NCBI GenBank assembly: GCA_965216755.1
Contig: CBDCGL010000011.1
Location: forward strand, 1,664,001 to 1,728,000
Direction: 5' to 3'
Length of the DNA: 64,000 nucleotides
From: Alphaproteobacteria bacterium
Lineage (GTDB): Bacteria; Pseudomonadota; Alphaproteobacteria; UBA7887
A model generated the notes under the pieces. The model did not search any database and had not been told where the DNA came from. It saw only the letters and a list, made by a program, of their open reading frames with translations. This document shows positions 10,466 to 20,243 of the stretch, in pieces. Position 1 is the first letter of the stretch. The number at the start of each line of letters is the position of its first letter. The position numbers were made by a program, and so were the translations under genes.

Positions 10466-11239
10466 TCAGACAACGGGCGACGCGCCGCCATCCAGGTTCA
10501 CCGACGCGCCGGTAACAAACGACGCGCGGTCCGAAACGAGGAAGGCAACGAGATCGGCATAGTTTTCGGCTTCGCCCACGCGCCCCAAAGGGATGCCGGC
10601 AGCCATTTCTTGGTAGAGCTCTTCAACTGGACGATCGCCCGCGCGTCGCTCCCATTGGGCGCTTTTGATCAAGCCGATACAGATCGTGTTGACCCGTATG
10701 TTGGCGGACGCATATTCCTGAGCCAATGACTTGGTCAGGTTGATGCCTGCGGCGCGCGTCACACTGGTTGGCAAGACGCGCGCGGGCGGCGCCTTACCGC
10801 CGACAATCGTCGCATTAACGACACTGCCACCTCCGCGTTCGCGCATGATCGGCAGAGTGCGCCGGCACATGCGCACCACGGCCATGATTTTTAGATCGAA
10901 ATCTTCCTGCCAACCAACATCGTCGGTGGCCTCCAAACCCGCGGCGGCGGACCGACCGGCATTGTTGACGACAATGTCCACACCACCGAACCTGGCCACC
11001 GTCTCGTCCACCAGCGCATCGATTTCAGCGGCGATCGCAACGTCGGCGCGCACGGGGTGCACCATACCGCCGGTATCGGCCGCGATCGCTTTCGCCGATG
11101 CCGCCAAGTGATCGCCGCGACGCGCGCAGCTGACCACCTTGCACCCCTCGCTCGCCAAGCGCGCGACTGTTGCCCGCCCCAAGCCGTCGCTCCCGCCGGT
11201 CACAATCGCTACACGGTCCTTCAAACCAAGATCGAACAT
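10466..11239 (-). CDS. SDR family oxidoreductase
   Basis: TGGSDGLG, VNNAG and FVTGASVNLDGG motifs; start at ATG 11239 after a GGAGG RBS. Confidence 0.9.
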   Translation of the reverse strand: MFDLGLKDRVAIVTGGSDGLGRATVARLASEGCKVVSCARRGDHLAASAKAIAADTGGMVHPVRADVAIAAEIDALVDETVARFGGVDIVVNNAGRSAAAGLEATDDVGWQEDFDLKIMAVVRMCRRTLPIMRERGGGSVVNATIVGGKAPPARVLPTSVTRAAGINLTKSLAQEYASANIRVNTICIGLIKSAQWERRAGDRPVEELYQEMAAGIPLGRVGEAENYADLVAFLVSDRASFVTGASVNLDGGASPVV

Positions 11240-11408
11240 TGCCCCTCCTTGTTCCCAAGCGCCCCATCGCGCGCATTCCCAACACGCTATTCGATACGAT
11301 GCGTGGACGAAACACACGCCGCTCCATTCACACACGCAATCGTTTCCACTCCGGCGATTACAACGTTAGAATTTCATCCTAATTGCCAGAGATCATAAGA
11401 GTCGGCCA

Positions 11409-14400
11409 ATGTCAGACATAGCCGCATGGCTCAAGGAATTGGGACTCGGCCAATATGCGGACGTCTTCGTCCGCGAAGAGATCGATTTCGACGCGTTGCC
11501 ACATGTCACTGCAGACATATTAAAGGATATCGGGCTACCGGCCGGGCCGCGTTTGAAAATACTCGCGGCCGTCAAAGGATTGCAAGATGCCAGGCCGGAG
11601 TCGCCCGCGCCGCCACCACGGCTGGCGGAGCGACGCCAGATCACGGTCATGTTCTGCGACCTGGTCGGCTCGACGGCGTTGTCCGAACAGCTTGATCCGG
11701 AAGACTTACGCGATTTGATGCAGGCCTACCAAAAGGCCTGTGGGGCTGTCATTGAGCGCTATGGCGGCCATGTCGCGCAGTATTTGGGTGATGGCCTGAT
11801 GACCTATTTCGGCTGGCCGCAGGCGCACGAAGACGATGCCGAACGTGCCATTCGCGCCGGGCTGGATATCGTCGGGGCAGTCAAAAACGTGACAGCGCCC
11901 GCGCCCTTGCAAGTGCGGGTCGGCGTCGCGACGGGGCCGGTGGTGGTCGGCGAGACCGGGTCCGGCGACGCCTCGGTGCCCAAGCTGGCGGTCGGCGAAA
12001 CGCCCAACCTCGCGGCGCGTGTGCAGGGCCTCTCTGACTCCGACCATGTGGTGATCGGCCCAACCACGCGGCGCTTGGTCGGCGGCACGTTCGATCTCGA
12101 TGACCTCGGCGCGCACACGCTGAAAGGCATCGTCGAACCGGTGCAGGCGTGGCGGGTGACCGGCGTTGCCCAGACCGAAGGTCGGTTTGAGGCACGCGGC
12201 GGCCATTTGACGCCCTTTGTCGGCCGCGACGCCGAAATCGCCATGATCATGGACCGCTGGCAGCAAGCCAAGGCGGGCGAAGGCCAAGTCGTGTTGCTGT
12301 GCGGCGAGCCGGGTATCGGCAAGAGCCGCATCACCCAAGTGCTCCGTGAACGTTTCGCCGATGAGCCGCACACGCGGTTGCGCTACCAATGCTCACCCTA
12401 CTACACGAATTCGGCATTGTATCCGGTGATCGAGCAGCTCGAGCGCGCAGCGGGATTCGGCCGCGACGACACAGCCGCGCAGAAGTTGGACAAGCTGGAA
12501 ACATTGCTCAGTCTGTCTGCCGACGATGTCAAGACGGTCGCGGCGCTGTTCGCGCCCCTGCTCAGCATCGACTCCGGCGCGCGATATTCGGCCTTGAACC
12601 TGAGCCCGCAGAAACAGAAGGAATTGACCCTGCAGGCGCTGTCCGATCAAGTCGTGGGGCTCGCCGCCGCGCAGCCCTTGCTGATGATCTTCGAAGACGC
12701 CCATTGGATTGACCCGACGACGCAGGAGTCGCTTGAGCTCATCGTGCCCGCGATTGCCGGCCACCGCGCGTTGGTGGTGGTCACCTATCGCCCGGAATAT
12801 GAACCGCCGTGGACCGGTCTTGGCCACATAACGCCACTGACATTGACCCGGCTTGGCAAAGCCAACGCCACGGCGATGGTGGAGCGTGTAACCGGCGGCC
12901 GAGTCTTGCCTGATGAAGTTCTCGACCAAATCGTCGCCAAGACCGACGGCGTGCCGTTGTTTGTGGAGGAATTGACCAAGACGGTCATCGAAAGCGGCGT
13001 GGTGACAGCTGAAGAAGACCGCTACGTGCTTGCGGGCACGCTGACGGACATCACCATTCCATCGACCCTTCAAGATTCCTTGATGGCGCGCCTGGATCGT
13101 TTGAGCCCGGTCAAAGAAACCGCCCAGATCGGAGCGTGCATTGGGCGCGAGTTCTCGTACGAACTCCTCGCCGCCGTTTCGCCTCTGCGCGACAATGAAC
13201 TTCAAGTTGCGTTGCAGCAGCTGATTAATAGCGAGCTTATTTTCCGCTCGGGCACTTCTCCGGCGGTGCGTTACACGTTCAAGCATGCTCTTGTTCAAGA
13301 CACGGCGTACGGAAGCTTGCTGCGAGACAACCGTCGACAGCTTCATGTTCGGATCGCGGAAATGCTCGAGAAAAATATCCCGGATGTGCTTGAGACAAAG
13401 CCGGAGCTCGTGGCGCATCATTTGACCAGAGCGAGCGCGATAGATAGAGCTGTGCCTTTGTGGCTGGAAGCAGGCAACCAATCGCGTGAGCAACATGCGC
13501 ATCTCGAAGCGCTAGAACACTTGAAAACCGGGCTAAATCTGGTCAAACAACTTCCAGAATCGGTCGCACGTGATCGCACTGCGCTTGAGTTCCACATGGC
13601 CATGGCATCTTCGCATTGCGCAACATCTGGCTGGGCATCGAACGATGCAAAGGTAGCCTATGACCACGCCAAGGAAATTATAGAGCGACTTGGCGGCGAC
13701 GACAGTCAATTCGACATGCTAGTCGGCATGTTCTATTTCTATAACGTTGGCGGATTTCACGATGACGCTGTTCCACTTATTTTTGAAGCGGTTCGTGTTC
13801 TCGAGTCTGACCCAACGGACTATCGGAGAACGGTCGGCTACCAAGCATACGGACAAAGCCATCTTTGGCGCGGTGACTTTGCTCGGTCGACGGAATATTT
13901 TGAACGATCGATGTCTGCATATGAAGCGAATACTGATCGTGGTTTTTTGAATCAGTGGGGCGCTGACTTTTTCTCGTCGGACCTGTGTTTTCTCGGAATT
14001 GCGTATTGGGCATTGGGCTATCCGGACCGCGCCCGGGCTGCGAGCCAAAAGAGCTACGATCACGTGCGCGGGCTCGATCGCGCCCATCACCTTGCCTGGA
14101 CCGAGGGGACAGCGCCCTTCGGTCTGTTGGTCCAGCACCGATTTGAGGAAGCGAAATCCTGGTCCCGGCATGGCCGAAATTTGGCTCAAGAAATTGACTT
14201 TGACTTCATCTATGCATCGGCGACGATCTCGGAAGGCTGTGCCCGCATTGGCCTTGGCGAGTATGAAGAGGGAGCTGCCCTATTGGTTCACGGAATAGAT
14301 TCGTGGGGGGACCTTGGCGGCCGCGTTCAGGTGCCGCACGCGCGCACATTCCTTGCCTTATCCCTTGCCAAACGTGCGCGCTTTGACGAGGCTCTTGACC

Positions 14401-14738
14401 AACTTTCACTTGGGCTCGGCCAAGCTAAAGATGGGGGCGAGCATTGGACCGATGCGATCCTGCTTCGTGCGCGAGGCGAAATTTTCTGCAGCCTAGGCGA
14501 AACGGATCCGGCGGCTGAGGCATATAGGGAGGCCGTTGCGGTAGCCCGTGAACAGGGAGCAACAGGGTTTGAGTTGCCAGCCGCCACGTCTCTTGCTCGC
14601 CTATGGCAATCCCAGGGAAAACATCAGCAGGCTTACGACATGTTGGCACCCGTCTACGGATGGTTTACAGAAGGGTTCGACACCAAGGACCTGACAGACG
14701 CGAAAGCCCTGTTGGAAGAGCTGCAAGGTGCGTTGTGA
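11409..14738 (+). CDS. SAM domain + class III adenylate/guanylate cyclase + STAND-type NTPase + TPR protein
   Basis: WLKELGLGQY (SAM); ERRQITVMFCDLVGST, YLGDG and GETPNLAARVQ (cyclase); GEPGIGKS Walker A; FEDAHW Walker B; C-terminal helical repeats. Confidence 0.92.
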   Translation: MSDIAAWLKELGLGQYADVFVREEIDFDALPHVTADILKDIGLPAGPRLKILAAVKGLQDARPESPAPPPRLAERRQITVMFCDLVGSTALSEQLDPEDLRDLMQAYQKACGAVIERYGGHVAQYLGDGLMTYFGWPQAHEDDAERAIRAGLDIVGAVKNVTAPAPLQVRVGVATGPVVVGETGSGDASVPKLAVGETPNLAARVQGLSDSDHVVIGPTTRRLVGGTFDLDDLGAHTLKGIVEPVQAWRVTGVAQTEGRFEARGGHLTPFVGRDAEIAMIMDRWQQAKAGEGQVVLLCGEPGIGKSRITQVLRERFADEPHTRLRYQCSPYYTNSALYPVIEQLERAAGFGRDDTAAQKLDKLETLLSLSADDVKTVAALFAPLLSIDSGARYSALNLSPQKQKELTLQALSDQVVGLAAAQPLLMIFEDAHWIDPTTQESLELIVPAIAGHRALVVVTYRPEYEPPWTGLGHITPLTLTRLGKANATAMVERVTGGRVLPDEVLDQIVAKTDGVPLFVEELTKTVIESGVVTAEEDRYVLAGTLTDITIPSTLQDSLMARLDRLSPVKETAQIGACIGREFSYELLAAVSPLRDNELQVALQQLINSELIFRSGTSPAVRYTFKHALVQDTAYGSLLRDNRRQLHVRIAEMLEKNIPDVLETKPELVAHHLTRASAIDRAVPLWLEAGNQSREQHAHLEALEHLKTGLNLVKQLPESVARDRTALEFHMAMASSHCATSGWASNDAKVAYDHAKEIIERLGGDDSQFDMLVGMFYFYNVGGFHDDAVPLIFEAVRVLESDPTDYRRTVGYQAYGQSHLWRGDFARSTEYFERSMSAYEANTDRGFLNQWGADFFSSDLCFLGIAYWALGYPDRARAASQKSYDHVRGLDRAHHLAWTEGTAPFGLLVQHRFEEAKSWSRHGRNLAQEIDFDFIYASATISEGCARIGLGEYEEGAALLVHGIDSWGDLGGRVQVPHARTFLALSLAKRARFDEALDQLSLGLGQAKDGGEHWTDAILLRARGEIFCSLGETDPAAEAYREAVAVAREQGATGFELPAATSLARLWQSQGKHQQAYDMLAPVYGWFTEGFDTKDLTDAKALLEELQGAL

Positions 14739-14774
14739 CGTGTGTTGAACACGCACCCGCATTTAAAAAAGCTG

Positions 14775-15576
14775 GTCGTGGCCGGGCTTGACCCGGCCAC
14801 AAGTAGACACCGCAGTCGCTGGGCAAGCGGAAGTGATGGCGGTGGGCGGCGCCCCACCAATCTAGGTTCGCGTTTACTTGCCCACGGGTCAGGCCCGTGG
14901 GCGACGGGTGAGTTAGATGCGCTCGCACCACAAACAAAACTGGTCGTGGCCGGGCTTGACCCGGCCACTAATAGACACCGCAGGCGCTGGGCAAGCGGAA
15001 GTGCTGGCGGTGGGCGGTGCCCCACCAATCTAGGTGCGCGTTTACTTGCCCACGGTCAGGCCCGTGGGCGACCATCGAGTGAAACGCGGTTGTGCCGTAA
15101 ATATGTCTGGTCGTGGCCGGGCTTGACCCGGCCACAAGTAGACACCGTAGGCGCTGGGCAAGCGGAAGTGCTGGCGGTGGGCGGTGCCCCACCAATCTAG
15201 GTGCGCGTTTACTTGCCCACGGTCAGGCCCGTGGGCGACCATCGAGTGAAACGCGGTTGTGCCGTAAATATGTCTGGTAGTGGCCGGGCTTGACCCGGCC
15301 ACAAGTAGACACGGGCGGCGCTGGGCAAACAGAAGTGATGGCGGTGGGCGGCGCCCCACCAATCTAGGTTCGCGTTTACTTGCCCACGGGTCAGGCCCGT
15401 GGGCGACCATCGAGTGAAACGCGGTTGTGCCGCAAATATGTCCGGTCGTGGCCGGGCTTGATCCGGCCACTAATAGACACCGCAGGCGCTGGGCAAACAG
15501 AAGTGATGGCGGTGGGCGGCGCCCCACCAATCCACGGGTAGTGTCACCTAACCCACGGGTCAAGCCCGTGGGCGAC
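14775..15576. repeat. Tandem array of five ~131-bp REP-like inverted doublets separated by 37-nt spacers (REPIN/BIME-like)
   Basis: Units start at 14775, 14943, 15110, 15277 and 15445 (period 167-168). Each has GTCGTGGCCGGGCTTGACCCGGCCAC, an internal GGTGGG..CCCACC hairpin and CCCACGGGTCAGGCCCGTGGGCGAC. Confidence 0.93.
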
Positions 15577-15614
15577 GGCCGCGTTGAGAATGGCCGACGC
15601 GGCGATCGCGGTGC

Positions 15615-16226
15615 CTATGTCTCCTTTACAAACCCAAAAAAGATATTGAACACGTAGCGTTCAACATTGCAGGGCAGGCTTCTGTGCGCGTGAGTCCACA
15701 CCGCCGGAAAGATCACGGCACGGCCTTCGACTGGTTTCACCTTAAGATCTTGCTGGGGAAACTCCAGCTCGCCACCAGCGGATACCGTGTTGAGGAACAT
15801 GATAAAGGTGACGTGCCGGTGCGTTAGGTCGGGCCACGCGGCGTCGGAATGGACGGCGTGATAGGCCTGCCCGGGCCGATAGCGAAGAATGCTGTACCCT
15901 TCCGGCATGGCGAAGAGAGGGACGTCGCCAGCGTGTTTGCGCTCGGTCGTGTAGTGGTTAAGACAATCCTGCGCGAAAGCAAGAACCGGTTCATGGTCCA
16001 CGGGCGGGGCTTCACCGCGATAATAGATCTGATCGGAATCACGACTGTAAGTATTGACACCGCCAACTGTCAGCGATTGGTTCCAACGGCTGGACCGATT
16101 TACATTATGGATGATCTCAGGACACCCGGTAGAGTCCAACATTTGGTATTGGCACACAAAATTATCGAGCCAGACGGGCGTCGCCGGAACAGCCGCCTCG
16201 TTTAAATGTGCTTCTGCGAGTGTCAC
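15615..16226 (-). CDS. 2-oxoglutarate/Fe(II) oxygenase (prolyl-hydroxylase-like)
   Basis: ILRYRPGQ..HSD, FLN...GGELEFP, H and RY motifs. Confidence 0.88.
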   Translation of the reverse strand: MTLAEAHLNEAAVPATPVWLDNFVCQYQMLDSTGCPEIIHNVNRSSRWNQSLTVGGVNTYSRDSDQIYYRGEAPPVDHEPVLAFAQDCLNHYTTERKHAGDVPLFAMPEGYSILRYRPGQAYHAVHSDAAWPDLTHRHVTFIMFLNTVSAGGELEFPQQDLKVKPVEGRAVIFPAVWTHAHRSLPCNVERYVFNIFFGFVKET

Positions 16227-16577
16227 GTTTCATCCCCTTCTCGCTAAAGACTGGGTCTCGTTGGCCTGTCAATCCAAGTTCCCACCATTATCGTCGAAAG
16301 AATCGCGACGACCAGACGCAGATTGCGATAAAGATCCCGTAGAACTCACCGACTCAGGGTATCTAAATCTCAATTTAGGAATGTTTATAAGTGACTAGAT
16401 TTTGTTGGTTTTTCGATCCGGTAAACTGCCTGAACTCTCCCGCAATTCGACTATGAGGTTGTCGCAAGCAGGAAGACTTCGGCGCGCCGCTCCAATTCTC
16501 TGGACGGCCAGTGGCTGGTGTTTCGCGGCCATTTCACGACCGTCGGCTGGTTCGGCTGCCGTGATCTATGAGTGCAA

Positions 16578-18830
16578 TCAGGACTCGATTGCCGAGCGCA
16601 CCGTATGGTGGGAATCCGGGGCGATGACGAAAGGAGCCGGCCTCATCGCGGTGGCCATATAATCTCCAGCCTCTTCCGCCGGCATTGGCCGGCCGAAATG
16701 GAAACCTTGCAAGTAATTGCAACCAAATGCCAAAAGCGCATCGGCCTGCGCGACGGTTTCAATGCCCTCGGCCACAACGCCCAGGCCCAGCTTTTGCGCC
16801 AGATCGATGATAATATGAATAATGTCCTGACTATTCTTTTCGTCGGCCATATCACGCACGAACATCCGGTCGATCTTAAGATCATCGAATGGAAAATATC
16901 GAAGGTAGCCAAGGCTGGAATAGCCCGTGCCAAAGTCGTCAATTGCCAGCTTGACGCCCAAGGCCTTGAGATGATCCAGAACCAGCTTGGCTGCTTCGGG
17001 GTGGGCAATGACCGAAGATTCGGTCAGTTCGAGCTTGATTGTTGCGGGATCAACCGGATGCCGGCTGAGCACGGACTCAACGTCGTGCACAATGCTGTTG
17101 TCAGCAATCTGTCGACCAGAGACGTTGACGCTGACAAACAGTGGTTGCGATGTGGCATTGCGCCAGGCTACAAGCTGGCCCGCGGCTTGGTCCAATGCCC
17201 ATGCGCCGATCGTGCTGATCAATCCCGTCTCTTCGGCCAAACCGATGAACTCACCCGGTGGTACCAATCCATGGTCGGGGTGGCGCCACCGCAAGAGCGC
17301 TTCAAAGCCGGCAACTTGGCCATCACGCGCTGTAACGATGGGCTGGTAAAATAGGGTGAGCTGCTGTTTATCGCGCAACGCGTGCCGCAAATCTGATTCA
17401 CGAGTCAAGACGCCAATACCGCCTGAGCGCATTGATTGTTCAAACAAGCCCGTCCGCGAGCCGCCGCTTGCCCGAGCTTTGGTTAGCGCGAGCTTCGCAT
17501 CCTGCATCATGCTTTCGGCGTCGTCATAGTCCAAGGCGCTGGTGGTCAATCCGACGGTGACCGTGCAATAGACGTTTTGTCCGCGGATCGAGGCCGGTGC
17601 TTCAAGATATTCACGAATTCGTGTGACACATGACAAAGCGCCTTCGGGCCAATCGGTCTCACGCAAAACCAGTGTGAACTCATCGCCACCCGTGCGCGCG
17701 ACCAAATCATCAGGCCGTAGGGCTGCCGTTAGTCGATCCGCAACCGCGCGCAGCATCATGTCGCCAGCCGCATGGCCAAGGCTGTCATTGACGATACGGA
17801 AGCGATCAACATTCAGGACCATGACGGCAAAGTGCCCGCTCGCCCGGTCATGAACGCCACAAATGGCGCGGCCAAGTTCGGAAATGAGATGGGCGCGGTT
17901 GGCCAATCCGGTGAGACCATCATGAAGCGCGTCGTGCCGCAGCTGGGCTTCAATGCGCTCGCGCTCGGCGTTTTCCAACCTTAGCTCTTGATTGGTCGCC
18001 CTCAGTTCGCACGTGCGCGCTTCGACCGCCTCCTCCAAGGTCTCCTTGGCAACCGTCAACTGGTGCTTCGCTTCCTGGAGCTCCAGAATATTTGTTGCTG
18101 TGGTCCGCAACATGGAATTGAAAGCGCGCATCACGTCACCCAGTTCGTCGGAACGGTTGTCGGCGACAAGATGGGGATTGGGGTTGGTGGGATTTGCGCC
18201 CGCGGTGAGCAACCGATCGCGCAAAAGAAAAATCGGCATCAAAACAAGTTTTCCAAATACCGTAAGGGTAATACCGCAAACAACCACAGAGATCAAAAAT
18301 ACAAGACCGGCTATGCGAAGAATAAAATTTCGAAGCTCGGCATGAATCCATGCTGTATCAAGCCGACCTATCAAAGTAAATGGCAAACCGGTAACTGCCG
18401 ATTTCCACAAAACATCCATGCGGTAATTGTGCGCGACAGAAGTTTTATTCGGTATTGTGCGCACGGATTGAACAAGTCGCAGATCCGGCACCTCGCCAAA
18501 CGTGCCAATCAGTGTGCCATCATCGGTGTAAATCGCACCACCGACGAACTCTTCGCTCATGCGATCCATGAGTCGCGCGGCGATCAACAAGTCACGGGGC
18601 CGCGAATGGCCGTGGGAGCGCAACGCCGCCGAGGCTGTGGCCAATCCGACATGCTGAAGTCGACCAATCAAATCGCGTTTGTAGTTCGCGTATGATGGGA
18701 CCAATACGGCGGCTTCAACCGCCAGAATGCTGAGGAACACAGCGACGGTCAGGCGAAAGCCCAGTCGCGACTTGAATACCATGCCCGCTCGCCGCAAGCG
18801 GCCACGCACTGTCCGCTCCGGATTGTGCAT
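16578..18830 (-). CDS. Membrane HAMP-GGDEF-EAL diguanylate cyclase/phosphodiesterase
   Basis: Two TMs; HAMP (RSDELGDVMRAFN); RPDD I-site; intact GGDEF, EALLRW and DDFGTGYSS. Confidence 0.93.
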   Translation of the reverse strand: MHNPERTVRGRLRRAGMVFKSRLGFRLTVAVFLSILAVEAAVLVPSYANYKRDLIGRLQHVGLATASAALRSHGHSRPRDLLIAARLMDRMSEEFVGGAIYTDDGTLIGTFGEVPDLRLVQSVRTIPNKTSVAHNYRMDVLWKSAVTGLPFTLIGRLDTAWIHAELRNFILRIAGLVFLISVVVCGITLTVFGKLVLMPIFLLRDRLLTAGANPTNPNPHLVADNRSDELGDVMRAFNSMLRTTATNILELQEAKHQLTVAKETLEEAVEARTCELRATNQELRLENAERERIEAQLRHDALHDGLTGLANRAHLISELGRAICGVHDRASGHFAVMVLNVDRFRIVNDSLGHAAGDMMLRAVADRLTAALRPDDLVARTGGDEFTLVLRETDWPEGALSCVTRIREYLEAPASIRGQNVYCTVTVGLTTSALDYDDAESMMQDAKLALTKARASGGSRTGLFEQSMRSGGIGVLTRESDLRHALRDKQQLTLFYQPIVTARDGQVAGFEALLRWRHPDHGLVPPGEFIGLAEETGLISTIGAWALDQAAGQLVAWRNATSQPLFVSVNVSGRQIADNSIVHDVESVLSRHPVDPATIKLELTESSVIAHPEAAKLVLDHLKALGVKLAIDDFGTGYSSLGYLRYFPFDDLKIDRMFVRDMADEKNSQDIIHIIIDLAQKLGLGVVAEGIETVAQADALLAFGCNYLQGFHFGRPMPAEEAGDYMATAMRPAPFVIAPDSHHTVRSAIES

Positions 18831-18934
18831 CGCAGCAAAATGCCTAATTCCCCTCTATAGGGAGTTAGACCTGCAAAGCGGATTTCAATCCGTAGTTGGC
18901 CAATCCGTGCACAACGGCCCCGGACCAACCCAAG

Positions 18935-20140
18935 TTACAATGGACGATCCGCCATATCGGGAAAAACCCTACCGCGGTAAGGGTTGGCGGCGGCAACCTG
19001 TTCATCGAGCTCAATACCGAGACCTGGCGCCGTCGGCGGTATTATGAAACCGTCCTGCCAGGTGATGGGAGTTTTCAGGATCTTCGCGTGAAAACCGTCG
19101 AAACGCTCGATACTTTCCTGAATCAAGAAGTTCGGACTGCAGGTCGCCAATTGAATGTTGGCCGCAGCCTCCACCGGCCCACAGTAAAGGTGGGGCGCGA
19201 TCTGGACGTAGTGCGCCTCCGCCATGCCAGCAATCTTCTTGGCTTCCAGGATACCGCCGACCCGGCCAAGCGCAGGCTGCAAAATCGCCGCGGCCTTCCT
19301 TTGTAGTAGCTGCGCGAATTCATATTTGGTCGCCAGGCGTTCGCCGGTCGCTACGGGGATCGTCGTCGCGCATGCTACGCGAGCCGCTTCGTCCATGTTC
19401 TCCGGCGGCACCGGTTCTTCAAACCAAAGCGGCGCATAGGGCTCGAGCCGCTTGGCGAAGCGAATTGCCGCGGCGGTGTTGGTTTGACCATGGGTCCCGA
19501 TCAACAGATCGCACCGATTGCCGACCGCCTCGCGCACGCTTGCCGTGACTTGGGCCGCATTGTCCAGCGCGTCGAGAGACAATTGCCGGGGATCGAATGA
19601 CGACATCGGCATGATCGGATCAAACTTGATCGCGGAGAAACCAAGGTCCGCGTAATGCGCTGCCCGTTCCGCGGCAGCCGCCGGATTGCTATGGACGTCG
19701 ACGAGCTTCAGCGCGTCGACCGAACCTGCGCCTTCGTAGTGCGCGTAGAGATACGTGTATGACCTGAGCGTCTCGTGGACTTGACCACCAAGCAGATTGT
19801 AGACCGGCTGATCAAGCGCTTTGCCGACAATGTCCCAGCAGGCCATTTCGATACCGCTCAGGACACCCATCAATGAATGATCGGGATGCTGGCTGTATCC
19901 ACGTGAATAGACAGACCGCCACAGAGTCTCAATCTTGAACGGACTGGCGCCAATGAAGTGCTGGTCAACGACGTCCTCGATCATGCGTGCGACAACATGT
20001 GGTTCAAAGGGCACTCCATAGGCCTCGCCAATGCCCTCGACGCCGTTGTCCGTCGTCAGCTTGAGGAACACCCAATAGGGGCCGCCATGATGCGGCGGCG
20101 GATTGGCAACCACGTAGGTCTTCAGATCGGTGATCTTCAT
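18935..20140 (-). CDS. Mandelate racemase/muconate lactonizing enzyme family (dehydratase-like)
   Basis: MKITDLKTY, WDIVGKAL, WFEEP, ATGERL and PTAPGLG motifs. Confidence 0.9.
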   Translation of the reverse strand: MKITDLKTYVVANPPPHHGGPYWVFLKLTTDNGVEGIGEAYGVPFEPHVVARMIEDVVDQHFIGASPFKIETLWRSVYSRGYSQHPDHSLMGVLSGIEMACWDIVGKALDQPVYNLLGGQVHETLRSYTYLYAHYEGAGSVDALKLVDVHSNPAAAAERAAHYADLGFSAIKFDPIMPMSSFDPRQLSLDALDNAAQVTASVREAVGNRCDLLIGTHGQTNTAAAIRFAKRLEPYAPLWFEEPVPPENMDEAARVACATTIPVATGERLATKYEFAQLLQRKAAAILQPALGRVGGILEAKKIAGMAEAHYVQIAPHLYCGPVEAAANIQLATCSPNFLIQESIERFDGFHAKILKTPITWQDGFIIPPTAPGLGIELDEQVAAANPYRGRVFPDMADRPL

Positions 20141-20243
20141 CGCCTCTCCCTTCCCGCTTCCGCTCGCATCTGCTGCCGCTCAAGGGCGCGGCACGCGCGT
20201 CAACACCGAAACATGACCGGAACGCGCGCAATCAATGCCGTCG

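Noticed and set aside
14775-15576. CRISPR array (regular repeats with 37-nt spacers)
   Set aside because: Repeats are ~131 bp and polymorphic, three of four spacers are near-identical, and there are no cas genes in the window
14654-15657. ORFs with repeated peptides inside the array
   Set aside because: By-products of the GC-rich palindromic repeat; unit lengths of 167 and 168 shift the frame between units
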